DNA from: Squalus acanthias
Taxonomy: Eukaryota
Direction of reading: 5' to 3'
Assembly: GCA_030390025.1 (NCBI GenBank)
Contig: CM059432.1
Coordinates: 49,850,001-49,914,000 of the forward strand
DNA length: 64,000 nt
Under the pieces are notes generated by a model. The model was not told the DNA's origin, did no database searches, and was given only the letters and a program-made list of their open reading frames with translations. A program made the translations under genes and the position numbers. Shown piece by piece: positions 12,650 to 23,793 of this stretch. The first letter of the stretch is position 1; each line of letters opens with the position of its first letter.

Positions 12650-12975
12650 CCAGCTGTTGATGATTCTGCCATTCCAATTTACACCTCTTCCACACTCATC
12701 TTTTGTTTCTTTACTTGTCGCATTACCATCTCCTTTTGCTTTGTACAATCATACCTTTCGTCATTTAATCACTCCTGCCTTCCACCCTATCACAGACTTT
12801 CCCTTTTGTTCTTTCCTCCCTTTCCCCCTTTCCCTGCCCCTGCACTTTCTTAAAATCGCTAACTTTTTCCAGTTCTGACAAAAGGTCATCGACCTGCAAC
12901 GTTAACTCTGTTTCTCTCTCCACAGATGCTGCCTGACCTGCTGAGCATTGCAGCAGTTTCTGTTTTTATTTCAGG
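12650..12975 (+). mobile_element. Penelope-like terminal repeat fragment with a degenerate hammerhead core
   Basis: CTGACAA-AAGGTCATCGACCT-GCAACGTTAAC followed by CCACAGATGCTGCCTGACCTGCTGAG; related copies near 36207, 38063 and 57985. Confidence 0.6.
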
Positions 12976-13149
12976 CAGATGTTTAGTTTCTTACAAACAG
13001 GAGACTGTATTGGATCCATCCCACAGGAATGTTGCTTTCGATTGTTGGGAAATACCTGACAATCATCAAATTCAGGGAATTACTCTACTGTTCCTGTAAG
13101 CTGCAAAGCACTATAAGCACTGCAAGTGACAAGCAGAGAGGGTAGTCTT

Positions 13150-14340
13150 CATTACTGTTGTGACATTTCAACAGTGAAAAATGAAACAATTAACATCTGA
13201 CACTGCTGGCTGCCTGACACTGATGCCTCTTCCTCATCTGCCACTAGTCTGTCTTTGTCCTGCTTATCCCCTGGAGACTGTAGCTCATCAGTGTCCTGCA
13301 CACTGAAGGCTCTCTCGACTGCGATATTATAGATCATGCAACATACTATCATTATCTTGCACACCTTCTTAGGGGTTTATAGTAATGCGGTGCCACCGAC
13401 CCCACCGACCCCACCGCCCTGATCCAAGCAATAGATGACATTTTTCAGGGCTTCAAAACAAAGGCCAATGAGCATCCTGGTTCCAAAATATGAACATACG
13501 AAATTGGGAGGTGGAGAGGCGAAATGGTGGAATGGTTTAGGAAGCGAATTCCAGAGCTTTGGGCCTAGATAGTTGAAGGTATTACTCTATCCTCAGCCTT
13601 TTTGGTTGACATGGCACAGGTCATCAGCTCAGGTCACAGGGTAACTAGAAGCCATCTGTAGCCATCCCTTCAGTTTGCGATCTCTGTGGAATCAGATCTT
13701 GAATGTTTGACTGCTGCAGGATGTATGTTATTGCAGCCTCCAGGATATTTGGCATTAACATGGAGGATGCTTATGACACATTATCATTAATTGAGTGATA
13801 TCCTTTTCTAATTTTCTAGGGCATGACTTAGCCTGTCAACATGTGTGCAATTGATGATACCCTGCACCCTTGGGAAACTGTCAATTTCAAAGAAGCCTTG
13901 CTGCCTGGATGTAAGCTGCTGCAGGCTGGTGTCAAAGTGCACATCGTGGGATGTGTGCCTTGGCAGAGCCTTGGTGATACATTGGATATAACAGAGCACC
14001 AAGGAATGACACACTCTTCACATGTTTCCCTTGCCAGGCTAAAAAGACCCTGATGTATAAAAATTCAAGGTGTGGTCACTTAAAGAAGCACAGACTGCTC
14101 TGTATTAATTGCCTTTCTAGTTTAGATCTCACAAGCTGGCATAGATTGGTAACACTCTCTCTAAAGAACCATGGGTGTTTCATGCAGTGTGCTGCAGTGC
14201 TGATCAGATAATGGATCCCGAGGAGGAAAACGCACTCCCATTGCTGTCTGACGTCATGGGGTATCAGTGTTCCATGAAGTTGTGTTCCTTTCAGGCCTCT
14301 GCTTTCTATGTCTATGCACCAAAATCAAAGATTGCCAACT
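13150..14340 (-). pseudogene. Highly degraded Harbinger transposase (older family)
   Basis: Fragments FPRVQGIINCTHV and IMIVCCMIYNIAV; many stops and indels. Confidence 0.7.
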
Positions 14341-14933
14341 CTACTCATTCTATAAACAGTAGTGTAGCAGTTGCTCTACTGATTTTACTTCTACTCCAGC
14401 TGAAAGTAAGCGTAGATACAAGTGGTCTTTACTGGGTAAATTTAAAAGTGCTATATAAATGCAAGTTGTTGTTGCTGTTGATCTTTTAATACAGGTCAGT
14501 GAAGTGCAGCACTGGTGCTAATGACTATGGAATAAATATAACTTAATCAGCTTTAACAGGTGTGATGCCACAAAAGAATTGTACAAAAGATATTTTGCTG
14601 CGACACAAAGCCTTCACAGAACACCAAGGGGTAAAAATTCACTTGGTTGCGCCTCCCGTTAGCGCCTTAAGAGGGCACTAATGGGGCGCTAAGCCGCTAA
14701 CGCCCGGGCACAGCGATGTTTGCGCCGCTCGAGAACTTAACTTGAGCTTGTGCGGCGGCGCTAAAACTTACCGCTGCGACCACCTGTGCGCGCAGATTAT
14801 GACGTCATTCCATGGTGCAACGCCTTGGGGCGCCCCGGAGCGGAAATTGAGTGGCGCCCCCTGCCTTACCGCCTGGCGCTTCCAACGACCGGAAGACTGG
14901 AACGCTATCAATCGGTGTGGGGCTGGGGGGGGG

Positions 14934-14950
14934 GCGCTATTTAAAGGGGG
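14934..14950 (+). promoter_or_regulatory. Putative TATA box of the transposase gene (GCGCTATTTAAAGGG)
   Basis: Same motif upstream of the transposase in copy A (~8727-8741, minus) and in family 2 (~62590-62604, minus). Confidence 0.5.
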
Positions 14951-15139
14951 CCTCTTCCTGTCTTTTTCTGTGGTCGACATTTATGCACCACTCGTTCTGA
15001 GAGAGAGAGAGAGATTCGGAGAGAGAGAGAGAGAGACTTCTACATTGACTCAACGCTTTGTGAGGTAGTTTTGCCTATTCATCCTAACTTTGTTGCTACT
15101 TTAGTTGCTGTACCTCATTACTTTTCTGGCAAAGAGAAT

Positions 15140-16300
15140 ATGGGGGCTGCAATGATTGGGGGCGTCGTCCTGCTCCAGCTGAATCAGAGGATACAGAGAC
15201 GCAGACAGAGAGTGGCAATGATGGCCAGACGGAGGAGGGCCATCAGGCGCATGTACAGGAGAGCTTACCCTCCCAGGGTATATCGTGAACAGCTCTCCTA
15301 CATCCATATGTCCGAGGAGCTGTGTTTGCGAAGGCTGCGATTCAGCAAGGAGGTGGTCACTGAGCTCTGCCACCTGCTGCAGCCAGATCTGCAGCCTCAG
15401 CTGAGGTCCAGGACGTCTCTGTCGGTGGCAGTGAAGGTCACAGTGGCTTTGAACTTCTACGCCACTGGCTCATTCCAAGCTGCTGTTGGGGACCTCGCCA
15501 ATATCTCCCAGTTTGCGGTGCATCGCTGCATCCGGCAGGTCACCAATGCCCTCTTCAGAAGGAGACGAGACTTCATCTCTTTCCCTATGACCCCAGACAA
15601 GCAGCGTGACCGTGCTCTGGGCTTTGCGAGGGTAGCGGGCTTCCCCATGGTGCAGGGCGCCATTGACTGCACGCATGTGGCTTTGCGTGCTCCGCGAGAG
15701 AATGCAGAGGAATTCAGGAACAGAAAGGGGTTCCATTCCTTGAATGTCCAGTTGGTCTGTGACCACAGACAGGTGATACTCGCTGTCAATGCCCACTATC
15801 CGGGCAGCTGCCACGATGCTTTCATCCTGCGCCAGACTACTGTGGCAGAAGTTTTCGAGGCACCGCATCAGCCAGTTGGTTGGCTTCTCGGGGACAAGAG
15901 GTACGCATTGAGCACCTGGCTGATGACACCGCTCCGTACGCCAAACACCCCTGCTGAGCTGCGGTACAATGAAAGCCATCAAGCAACCAGGAACATTATT
16001 GAGCGCACAATCGGCGTGCTGAAACAACGGTTCCGCTGTCTGGACCATTCCGGAGGAGCCCTGCAGTTCTCGCCTGAGCAAGTTTCGAACTTCGTAGTCG
16101 TGTGCTGCATGTTGCACAACATGGCAATCCTCAGGACCCAGCCAATGCCACCAGGCCTTGTAGCACCACCAGAGGAGGAGGAGGAAGAGGAGGAAGAGGA
16201 CGAGGATGATGATCATCAGCAGCACCAAGGCGGGAGGGCAGCCCACAATGGTCAAACTGCAAGGGCCGTCCATCAACGGCTAATAGCAAGCCGCTTCTAG
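15140..16300 (+). CDS. Harbinger DDE transposase, 386 aa, open (GDKRY variant)
   Basis: Same motifs as copy A; ATG chosen by homology with A and C. Confidence 0.93.
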   Translation: MGAAMIGGVVLLQLNQRIQRRRQRVAMMARRRRAIRRMYRRAYPPRVYREQLSYIHMSEELCLRRLRFSKEVVTELCHLLQPDLQPQLRSRTSLSVAVKVTVALNFYATGSFQAAVGDLANISQFAVHRCIRQVTNALFRRRRDFISFPMTPDKQRDRALGFARVAGFPMVQGAIDCTHVALRAPRENAEEFRNRKGFHSLNVQLVCDHRQVILAVNAHYPGSCHDAFILRQTTVAEVFEAPHQPVGWLLGDKRYALSTWLMTPLRTPNTPAELRYNESHQATRNIIERTIGVLKQRFRCLDHSGGALQFSPEQVSNFVVVCCMLHNMAILRTQPMPPGLVAPPEEEEEEEEEDEDDDHQQHQGGRAAHNGQTARAVHQRLIASRF

Positions 16301-16594
16301 GGCCCCTGCCATTGCTACAAACATTAATCAACCCAGCACACAACCCCTAAGCCGGCCAAGGCACCAATAATTCCAACCACCAGCCATGTATATTTTGAAT
16401 ACAGAAACTTATTTATTTTACAAACTCTGTGTGTGTCAATTCCTCATGACAAACTCATAGAAATAAACACAAAAAAACAGTCAATAACATAACTGGTTCT
16501 CACAACCTGGAGATAATGTCCAAAACACTAAACAAAAGTTGGACCATGAACCTCGGCCTTTAATAAAAAAATGACCAGCATTTTGTCACACCTC

Positions 16595-18475
16595 CTACTT
16601 TTTGCCCTTCGAGGGTGATCTCCTTCCTTTGCGCACTTCCCCCCTTCTAACCCTACTGCTCCTCCGTAATGGGACCTCAGTGGCTGCAGCAAGGCTGGTG
16701 GAAGGCTGCTGCTCGTCAGACCCTGACACTGCAGATGCCCCTGAAGGACGGCCTCGACCACTTCTGGGCCTGGAGGGCCCGGCTGCAGACTGCACCAACT
16801 CTGCATGGGCGGCAGCAGTCTGTCCTACAGGCGGTGGCAAGTGCAGTGGAGAAGTGACAGTGTTGGCAGCAGGAATGCTGTCATCGTGCGAGAGGACAGC
16901 AACTCCCTGCTCGCCCGACACACTGGCACTCCCACGGGGCAGCACTTCAGCATCCGGAGCAATCTGCCGGAGAACAGATTGCTGGCCTGCTGCGGCGCGG
17001 TGACAGCCCGGGGACATGTGCACGAACCATCGAGGTTGGCAGCAGTCTGTGCTCGCGTGGCCTCCATCTGAGTCTGTATGAGAGCAGTCAGAGGTGGGAT
17101 CACAGCAGCCAGTGACTGAATTGCAGCACTAAGCGTTAGTGTGGCATCCGCCTGTGCTACAGCGAAGTGCTCCACACTCCTTGCCAGTGACTCAATGCAT
17201 TCGGGCACCCTTCCCACTGCACCCATGAGCTCAGTGTGCATGCCCACCGCCTGGGTGTTCATTTCTGCAATCAGCCGCTCCTCCTCTGCGTCCATTGCAG
17301 TAGGAGTGTCTGGCATACTCTCCCTCTGGGGAGAAGGGACCCCGTTCTTCCCTACCCCCCCCCCTGATGGCGTTGCTGCAGCCCGCTGGGTCCTGGAGCT
17401 TCACCATCATCAGCCCCTTCCCCCCTGCTCCCCTCCGGGGAAGGCGTGTTCCCAGTGTGGGCATGGGCTTCCTCGGGAGAGGGTGGCACTGATGCTCTGG
17501 CTTCCTCTTCCTCCTCAGCTGCAGCATCACTCCCAGTGGCAGCTTCAGGGCCCGTCTCCTCAGCTGGTGAATCACCATCTGAAAGCAGGGAGGTACAAGA
17601 GTGGCTTTAGCGTGAGGACAGGGTGGCAGTAAGGGAGGAATAAGTGCAGCGAGTTAGCAAGTTGTATTGAAAGTGTCAAAGGCTGGTGTTGTGAGGGACA
17701 AGTGGAAGGACAGAGGACAAAAAGGTGATGACCTTACCATTGCTGTCCACAACGGGGTCGGCGTCTCCAGTGGCGACGGGACCGATCACCCGGCTTGCCA
17801 CAATCCTGTGGACGCGCTCCTCCAGATCGCTGAGGGGTTGCAGCTGAGGCCGCCCTCCACCTGTCCGTTGCTGCTGTCTCCGATTATGCGCCAGCTTGGC
17901 CTGTAAGAAAAAGGACAGCATCTGAGTAAATATACAACCATGGTCTTGCCTGATGTGCCTCCCATAGGTGAATAGCCCTTACAATATACAGCCATGGTCT
18001 TGCCTGATGTGCCTCCCATAGGTGAATAGCCCTTACAATATACAGCCATGGTCTTGCCTGATGTGCCTCCCATAGGTGAATAGCCCTTACTGTATGCAAA
18101 GTGTGGAATGTGTGTGTGTGTTTCATGAAAGGGCCATAGGTGTTGGATGAGTGTTGTGCATTGGGGTTTTAAGACCCTCTGGCCATAGAGTGAGGTTGAG
18201 ATGGAGGGATGGAGAGGTATTGAGAAAAAGCCACTCACCCTGACGACCCGAGTGAGGTCGTTGAACTTTTTGCGGCATTGAGTATGGGTCCTGGGCACCA
18301 TGCTCCTGGAGGAGACGCTCTGAGCCACCTCCCTCCACACTCTTCTGAACTCGCATGGCAAAGGCCTCCTGCCACTCTCAGGGAACAGCATACATCGTCT
18401 GCGCTCCACTGCGCCAACCAGAGCATCCAAGGCCCGCTCGGTGAAGCGATGAGCGCGTTCTCTCACCCTCTCCAT
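16595..18475 (-). pseudogene. Myb/SANT-like accessory gene of copy B (exons 18475-18239, 17900-17738, 17578-16595)
   Basis: Exons 1-2 are intact; frameshifts in exon 3 near 17335-17366 and 17008. Confidence 0.85.
17935..18096 (-). repeat. 54-bp tandem repeat x3 (intron 1, copy B)
   Basis: Seen directly. Confidence 0.95.
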
Positions 18476-19922
18476 GCTTGGCAGCAAAATGGATTCACAG
18501 GTCTCTCCAGGCTGAGATTCAAGGCTGCAATGAGCAGGGTGTGGCTGGGGAGCAAGTGCCCCCCCCCCGCTTTAAGAAGTGTCCGGCGCCAGTGTGTCTG
18601 TGTTCCCTCGCTAACTGGCAGCAGCTGCGCTGCGCTTGCGCGCTGAGTTAGCGCCTCACTCCTTGGCCTTTGCGCCTTAAGACAGGTGTGCAGCGCCTGC
18701 TTTAGCGTTCCACTCACCTCCCGGGGCGGTAAAAGTGAAGTTTCCTGTCAGTGCCGATAATTAGCGCCAGGCGCTAATATTTGCGTCCGGACGATATTTG
18801 CGCCCCAAATGGGGCGCGACCTAATTTCTACCCCCAACTCCCTTGCGCAGCAACTGCCACTGCTAATTGACATCGCATTGTTGTTTCCCCGGGTTTAGTG
18901 CAACAACAGTGGTCATCAGCTTAAAATCGGAGCGGAGAACTGGGTCCTTGAATTCCTATCCTCATGGATTTATATCTCTAACCTCTTCCTGCATGTCTTT
19001 GACAGTGTAGTGCAGTATCTATTTCCCTAGTCTGTGTGATAATTACCAATAAAAGCCATCAGTCAATTGTGAGGTGCAGCCAATTAATAGATGAGACTGT
19101 GTCAAAAGATCCAGTCATGTCAGGTTTGTGGCTGGAAGGCTGCATAGCATGTTGGTTTAAAAATAATGGAAATAGTGCTATTCCAGGGAGAATGGATTTC
19201 AATATTTTGGGAATGAATCTTCTGTTTTGCAGCCAAATGCTGGCACAATTTATTAACTCTATTTACGGCCCAGCATGTTTGTATAAAAGCCTCTTATTAT
19301 TCAATATACATGCTGTTTAAGCATTGAATAACCCCAGTGCCACACTGTGCAGCATATTAGTTTTAACCCTGCAGAAATCAAAGATTATAGAGCAGAATCG
19401 TGTAACTGTACCCTGTATCTGAGTCAAATGATAACCTTTACCGGTCAGATTGCCATCTCTCCTAACTGTAGATCAGAGGTGCGACACATAAAAATTCGAC
19501 AAAAACCGTTGCATAAAAAAGAAAACAAGATGTGATTACTGGAAATATGAAATAAAATCCAATATACACAACCGTCAGATAGCACCATGTAAAGAAAAGA
19601 CAGGTTAGCGTTTCATTGTAGATCCGAGATGCACTCCTGCTTGTCTGCTGCAACTTAAGTGGAAGATCTGTGGAAACCCCAGCAAAATGGTGTGAACAGA
19701 TCGGTAAAGTGAGCAAGGCAAATAGAGAGGAGATATATTTTTGGAGCTTCTTAATGTGCATCAGGGCACCAGGATAGGTACTGTGTTAGATTTAGTATTT
19801 GGGACTGAACTGAAAATTATCAGTCAACTGGTAGTGAGAGATGCAAGGATTCAGAACATTATTGGGGTTGCCATCTTATTGAGGAAAGTGATGAGGACAG
19901 TAAAACTGCTCAACCCTAAAAC

Positions 19923-20365
19923 AGCAGATGCCGTGGCTCAGTTGGTAGCACTCTTGCCTCTGAATCAGAAGGCTGTGGGTTCAAGTCCCACTCCAAAGAC
20001 TTGAACACAAAAATCTAGGCTGACGCTCCAGTGGAGTGCTGCACTGTTGGATGTGCTGTCTTTCGGATGAGACGTTAAACCACACTCTCTCAGGTGGACG
20101 TAAAAGATCCCATGGCACTATTTTGAAGAAGAGCAGGGGCGGTATCTTGGCCAATATTTATCCGTCAATCAACATCACTTAAAAAACAGATTATCTGGTC
20201 ATTATTACATTGCTGTTTGTGAAGCCTTGCTGTGGGCAAATTGGCTGCCACATTTCTTACATTACAACAGTGACTACACTTCAAAAAGTACTTCATTGGC
20301 TGTAAAGTGCTTTGGGATGTCCTGAGGTCATGAAAGGTGCTATATAAATGTAAGTCTTTCTTTCT
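19923..20365 (+). mobile_element. Full-length tRNA-derived DeuSINE
   Basis: A box TGGCTCAGTTGG, B box GGTTCAAGTCC, Deu-like core and (CTTT)n tail. Confidence 0.85.
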
Positions 20366-20778
20366 AATGCTAGGAAAGAACGAATGAGAAGAAATTCAGT
20401 CAAGACAAATACAAAAAGATATTATATGACTTTGGTTTGAATTGGCTTACTGGAGAGATAAAGAATATTATAAAGAATGAAGAACTTCCATAGAAAATCA
20501 AAAGCTTTTTAAACCATACTTATTAATTTCCCATCTATCTTCATCTTTCAGAATCTCCATATCTCCATCTGTTTAACTTTTTCATCACGCTTTCTGTTAG
20601 TTTCTCCTTTTTTTCTGTTTGCTCCTTCTTTTGTTTACTTGCCACTCTTTCAGTATGCCTCTGACACGTATTGGCTACTGATTTACTCAGCTGCTGTTTT
20701 TGTTACCTTCTTTTAAAACCCAGGGTGCACAACAAGATGGTAGATAACATGTATTGGGTTGCAGGTGGATTCTAGGGT

Positions 20779-23700
20779 AAGAACATAAGAACATAAGAAA
20801 TAGGAGCAGGAGTAGGCCAATCGGCCCCTCGAGCCTGCTCCGCCATTCAATAAGATCATGGCTGATCTGATCCTAACCGCCAATCTACTATCTATCACAG
20901 AACCATCTCCTGCATCTAACAGAATTGCACACACGAAATAGGAGCAGAATCAGGCTACACAGTCCCTGGGCCCGCTCCACTACCCACAGGGCCATGACCG
21001 ATCCGAACCTAGACTCATGTCCAAATTCCTGCCCGCTCCCCGTAACCCTTAATGCCCTTTACTTCTAGGAAACTGTCTATTTCTGTTTTAAATTTAATTA
21101 ATGTTGTAGCTTCTACAGCTATTTGTGGCAGCATATTCCATGGACCTACCACCCTCTGAGTGAAGTAGTTCCTCCTCATCTCAGTTTTGAAAGAGCAGCC
21201 CCTTATTCTAAGACTATGTCCCCTAGTTCTCGTCTCACCCGTCATCGGGAACATCCTCCCCGCATCCACCCGATCCAACCCCTTCACAATCTTATATGTT
21301 TCAATAAGATCGCCTCTCATTCTTCTGAACTCCAATGAGTAGAGTCCCAATCTACCCAACCTCTCCTCATATGACCACCCCCTCATCCCCGGGATTAACC
21401 GAGTGAACCTTTTTTGCACTGCTTCGAGAGCAAGGATGTCTTTCCTTAAGTAAGGACACCAAAACTGTATGCAGTATTCCAGGTGCGGTCTCACCAATAC
21501 CTTGTACAACTGAAGCAATACCTCCCTATTTTTATATTCTATCCCCCTAGCAATGAAAGCCAACATTCCATTTGCCTTCTTAATCACTTGCTGCACCTGC
21601 ATACTAACCTTTTGAGTTTCGTGCACCAGGACCCCCAGATCCCTTTGCACTTCAGTACTCTCCAGTTTCTTGCCATTAAGATAATAAATTGCTCTAGGAT
21701 TTTTCCTGCCAAAGTGCATCACCTCACACTTTCCAGTGTTGTATTCCATCTGCCAAATCTCTGCCCACTTACTTAGCCTGTCTATGTCCCCTTGCAGGTT
21801 TTTTATGTCCTCCTCACTCACTACTTTCCCTCCCATCTTTGTATCATCTGCAAATTTTGATATGTTACACTTGGTCCCTTCCTCCAAATCGTTAATATAG
21901 ATTGTGAAGAGTTGGGGACCCAGCACTGACCCCTGTGGAACACCACTAGTTACTGATTGCCAGTCTGAGAATGAACCATTTATCCCAACTCTTTGCTTTC
22001 TGTTAGATAGCCAATCCTCTATCCATGCCAGAATATTACCCCCAATGCCGTGATTTTTTACCTTAAGCAATAATCTTTTGTGTGGCACCTTGTCAAATGC
22101 CTTTTGGAAGTCTAAATACACTACGTCCACTGGTTCCCCTTTATCCACTCTATATGTTACTTCCTCAAAGAACTCCAGCAAATTTGTCAAACATGACTTC
22201 CCCTTCGTAAAACCATGCTGACTTTGTCCTATTAAATTATGATTATCCAAATGTCCTGTTACTGTTTCCTTAATAATGGACTCCAAAATTTTACCTACCA
22301 CAGATGTTAGGCTAACCGGTCTATAGTTACCAGCCTTCTGTCTACTGCCCTTTTTAAATAAGGGTGTTACATTAGCAGTTTTCCAGTCTGCCGGGACCTT
22401 AGCGGAATCCAGGGAGTTTTGAAAAATTATTACCAATGCATCTACAATCCCTACCGCCACTTCCTTCAAGACTCTAGGATGTAAGCCATCAGGTCCAGGT
22501 GATTTATCCGCCTTGAGTCCCATTATTTTACCGAGTACCACTTCCTTAGTGATTTTGATCGTGTTTAGCTCCTCTCCCCCTATAGCCCCCTGTTTGTCCA
22601 GTGTTGGGATATTCTTAGTGTCCTCTACTGTAAAGACTGATACAAAATATTCATTCAGTGTTTTTGCCATCTCCATATTTCCCACCATTAATTTCCCGGT
22701 CTCATCCTCTAAGGGACCAACATTTACTTTAGCCACCCTTTTTCTTTTTATATAACTATAAAAACTCTTACTATCTGTTTTTATATTTTTTGCTAATTTA
22801 CTTTCATAATCTATCTTCCCTTTCTTAATCAATCTTTTTGTTATTTTTTGCTGCCTTTTAAAGTTTTCCCAATCCTCTGTCCTCCCACTAGATTTCGCTA
22901 CCTTATATGCCCTTGTTTTTAGTCGAATACTATCCTTAATTTCTTTACTTAGCCACGGATGACTGTCCTTTCTTTTACACCCTTTTCTTTTCAGTGGAAT
23001 ATATTTTTTTTGGAAGTTGTAAAATAACTCCTTGAATGTACACCACTGATCATGTGTCGTCTTACCCTTTAATCTATTTTCCCAATCCACTCTACTCAAT
23101 TCCGCTCGCATACCTTCATAGTCTCCTTTATTCAAGCTTAGCACGCTTGTTTGAGATCCAACCTTCTCACCCTCTAATTGAATATGGAATTCAACCATGT
23201 TATGGTCACTCATTCCAAGGGGATCCTTTACTAGGACATTTTTAATTAATCCTGTCTCGTTACACAGGACCAGATCTAAGGTTGCTTGCCCCCTGGTCGG
23301 TTCAGTTACATACTGCTCAAGAAACCCATCCCTAATACACTCAATGAACTCATCCTCAAGGCAGCCCTGCCCCATTTGATTTGTCCAATTAATATGATAG
23401 TTAAAATCCCCCATAATTATAGATGTTCCCTTATTACATGCCTCAACTATTTCCTGATTGATACTCCGTCCAATAGAGTTGCAACTGTTCGGAGGCCTAT
23501 AGACTACGCCCACTAATGTTTTTTTCCCCTTATTATTCCTTATCTCCACCCAAACTGTTTCATTATCATGATTTTTTGACCCAATATCATTACTCTGTAT
23601 TACAGTGATTCCTTCCTTTATTAACATAGCCACCCCACCTCCCCTTCCTTCCTGCCTGTCCTTCCTGATCGTTAAATAACCTGGTATGTTTAATTCCCAG

Positions 23701-23793
23701 GCATTGTCACCCTGCAGCCATGTTTCTGTAATGGCCACAATATCATAACCATATGTAGTTATTTGTGCCATTAACTCGTCTATTTTGTTACGG
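20779..23793 (-). mobile_element. CR1 LINE, 5'-truncated within the endonuclease N-terminus
   Basis: 918-aa ORF, 3' UTR and (TTCTTATG)n tail at ~20779-20800. Confidence 0.95.
21015..23771 (-). CDS. CR1 ORF2 endonuclease-reverse transcriptase, uninterrupted 918-aa frame lacking the extreme N-terminus
   Basis: ITETW, GDFN, SDH, YRPVSLTS, PQGSVLGP and FADD motifs with no stop codon. Confidence 0.9.
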   Translation of the reverse strand: MAQITTYGYDIVAITETWLQGDNAWELNIPGYLTIRKDRQEGRGGGVAMLIKEGITVIQSNDIGSKNHDNETVWVEIRNNKGKKTLVGVVYRPPNSCNSIGRSINQEIVEACNKGTSIIMGDFNYHINWTNQMGQGCLEDEFIECIRDGFLEQYVTEPTRGQATLDLVLCNETGLIKNVLVKDPLGMSDHNMVEFHIQLEGEKVGSQTSVLSLNKGDYEGMRAELSRVDWENRLKGKTTHDQWCTFKELFYNFQKKYIPLKRKGCKRKDSHPWLSKEIKDSIRLKTRAYKVAKSSGRTEDWENFKRQQKITKRLIKKGKIDYESKLAKNIKTDSKSFYSYIKRKRVAKVNVGPLEDETGKLMVGNMEMAKTLNEYFVSVFTVEDTKNIPTLDKQGAIGGEELNTIKITKEVVLGKIMGLKADKSPGPDGLHPRVLKEVAVGIVDALVIIFQNSLDSAKVPADWKTANVTPLFKKGSRQKAGNYRPVSLTSVVGKILESIIKETVTGHLDNHNLIGQSQHGFTKGKSCLTNLLEFFEEVTYRVDKGEPVDVVYLDFQKAFDKVPHKRLLLKVKNHGIGGNILAWIEDWLSNRKQRVGINGSFSDWQSVTSGVPQGSVLGPQLFTIYINDLEEGTKCNISKFADDTKMGGKVVSEEDIKNLQGDIDRLSKWAEIWQMEYNTGKCEVMHFGRKNPRAIYYLNGKKLESTEVQRDLGVLVHETQKVSMQVQQVIKKANGMLAFIARGIEYKNREVLLQLYKVLVRPHLEYCIQFWCPYLRKDILALEAVQKRFTRLIPGMRGWSYEERLGRLGLYSLEFRRMRGDLIETYKIVKGLDRVDAGRMFPMTGETRTRGHSLRIRGCSFKTEMRRNYFTQRVVGPWNMLPQIAVEATTLIKFKTEIDSFLEVKGIKGYGERAGIWT

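Larger units (their letters stand above)
14628..18834. mobile_element. PIF/Harbinger family 1, copy B (4207 bp)
   Basis: TIR GGGGTAAAAATT / AATTTCTACCCC; TSD CAA (14625-27, 18835-37). Confidence 0.95.
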
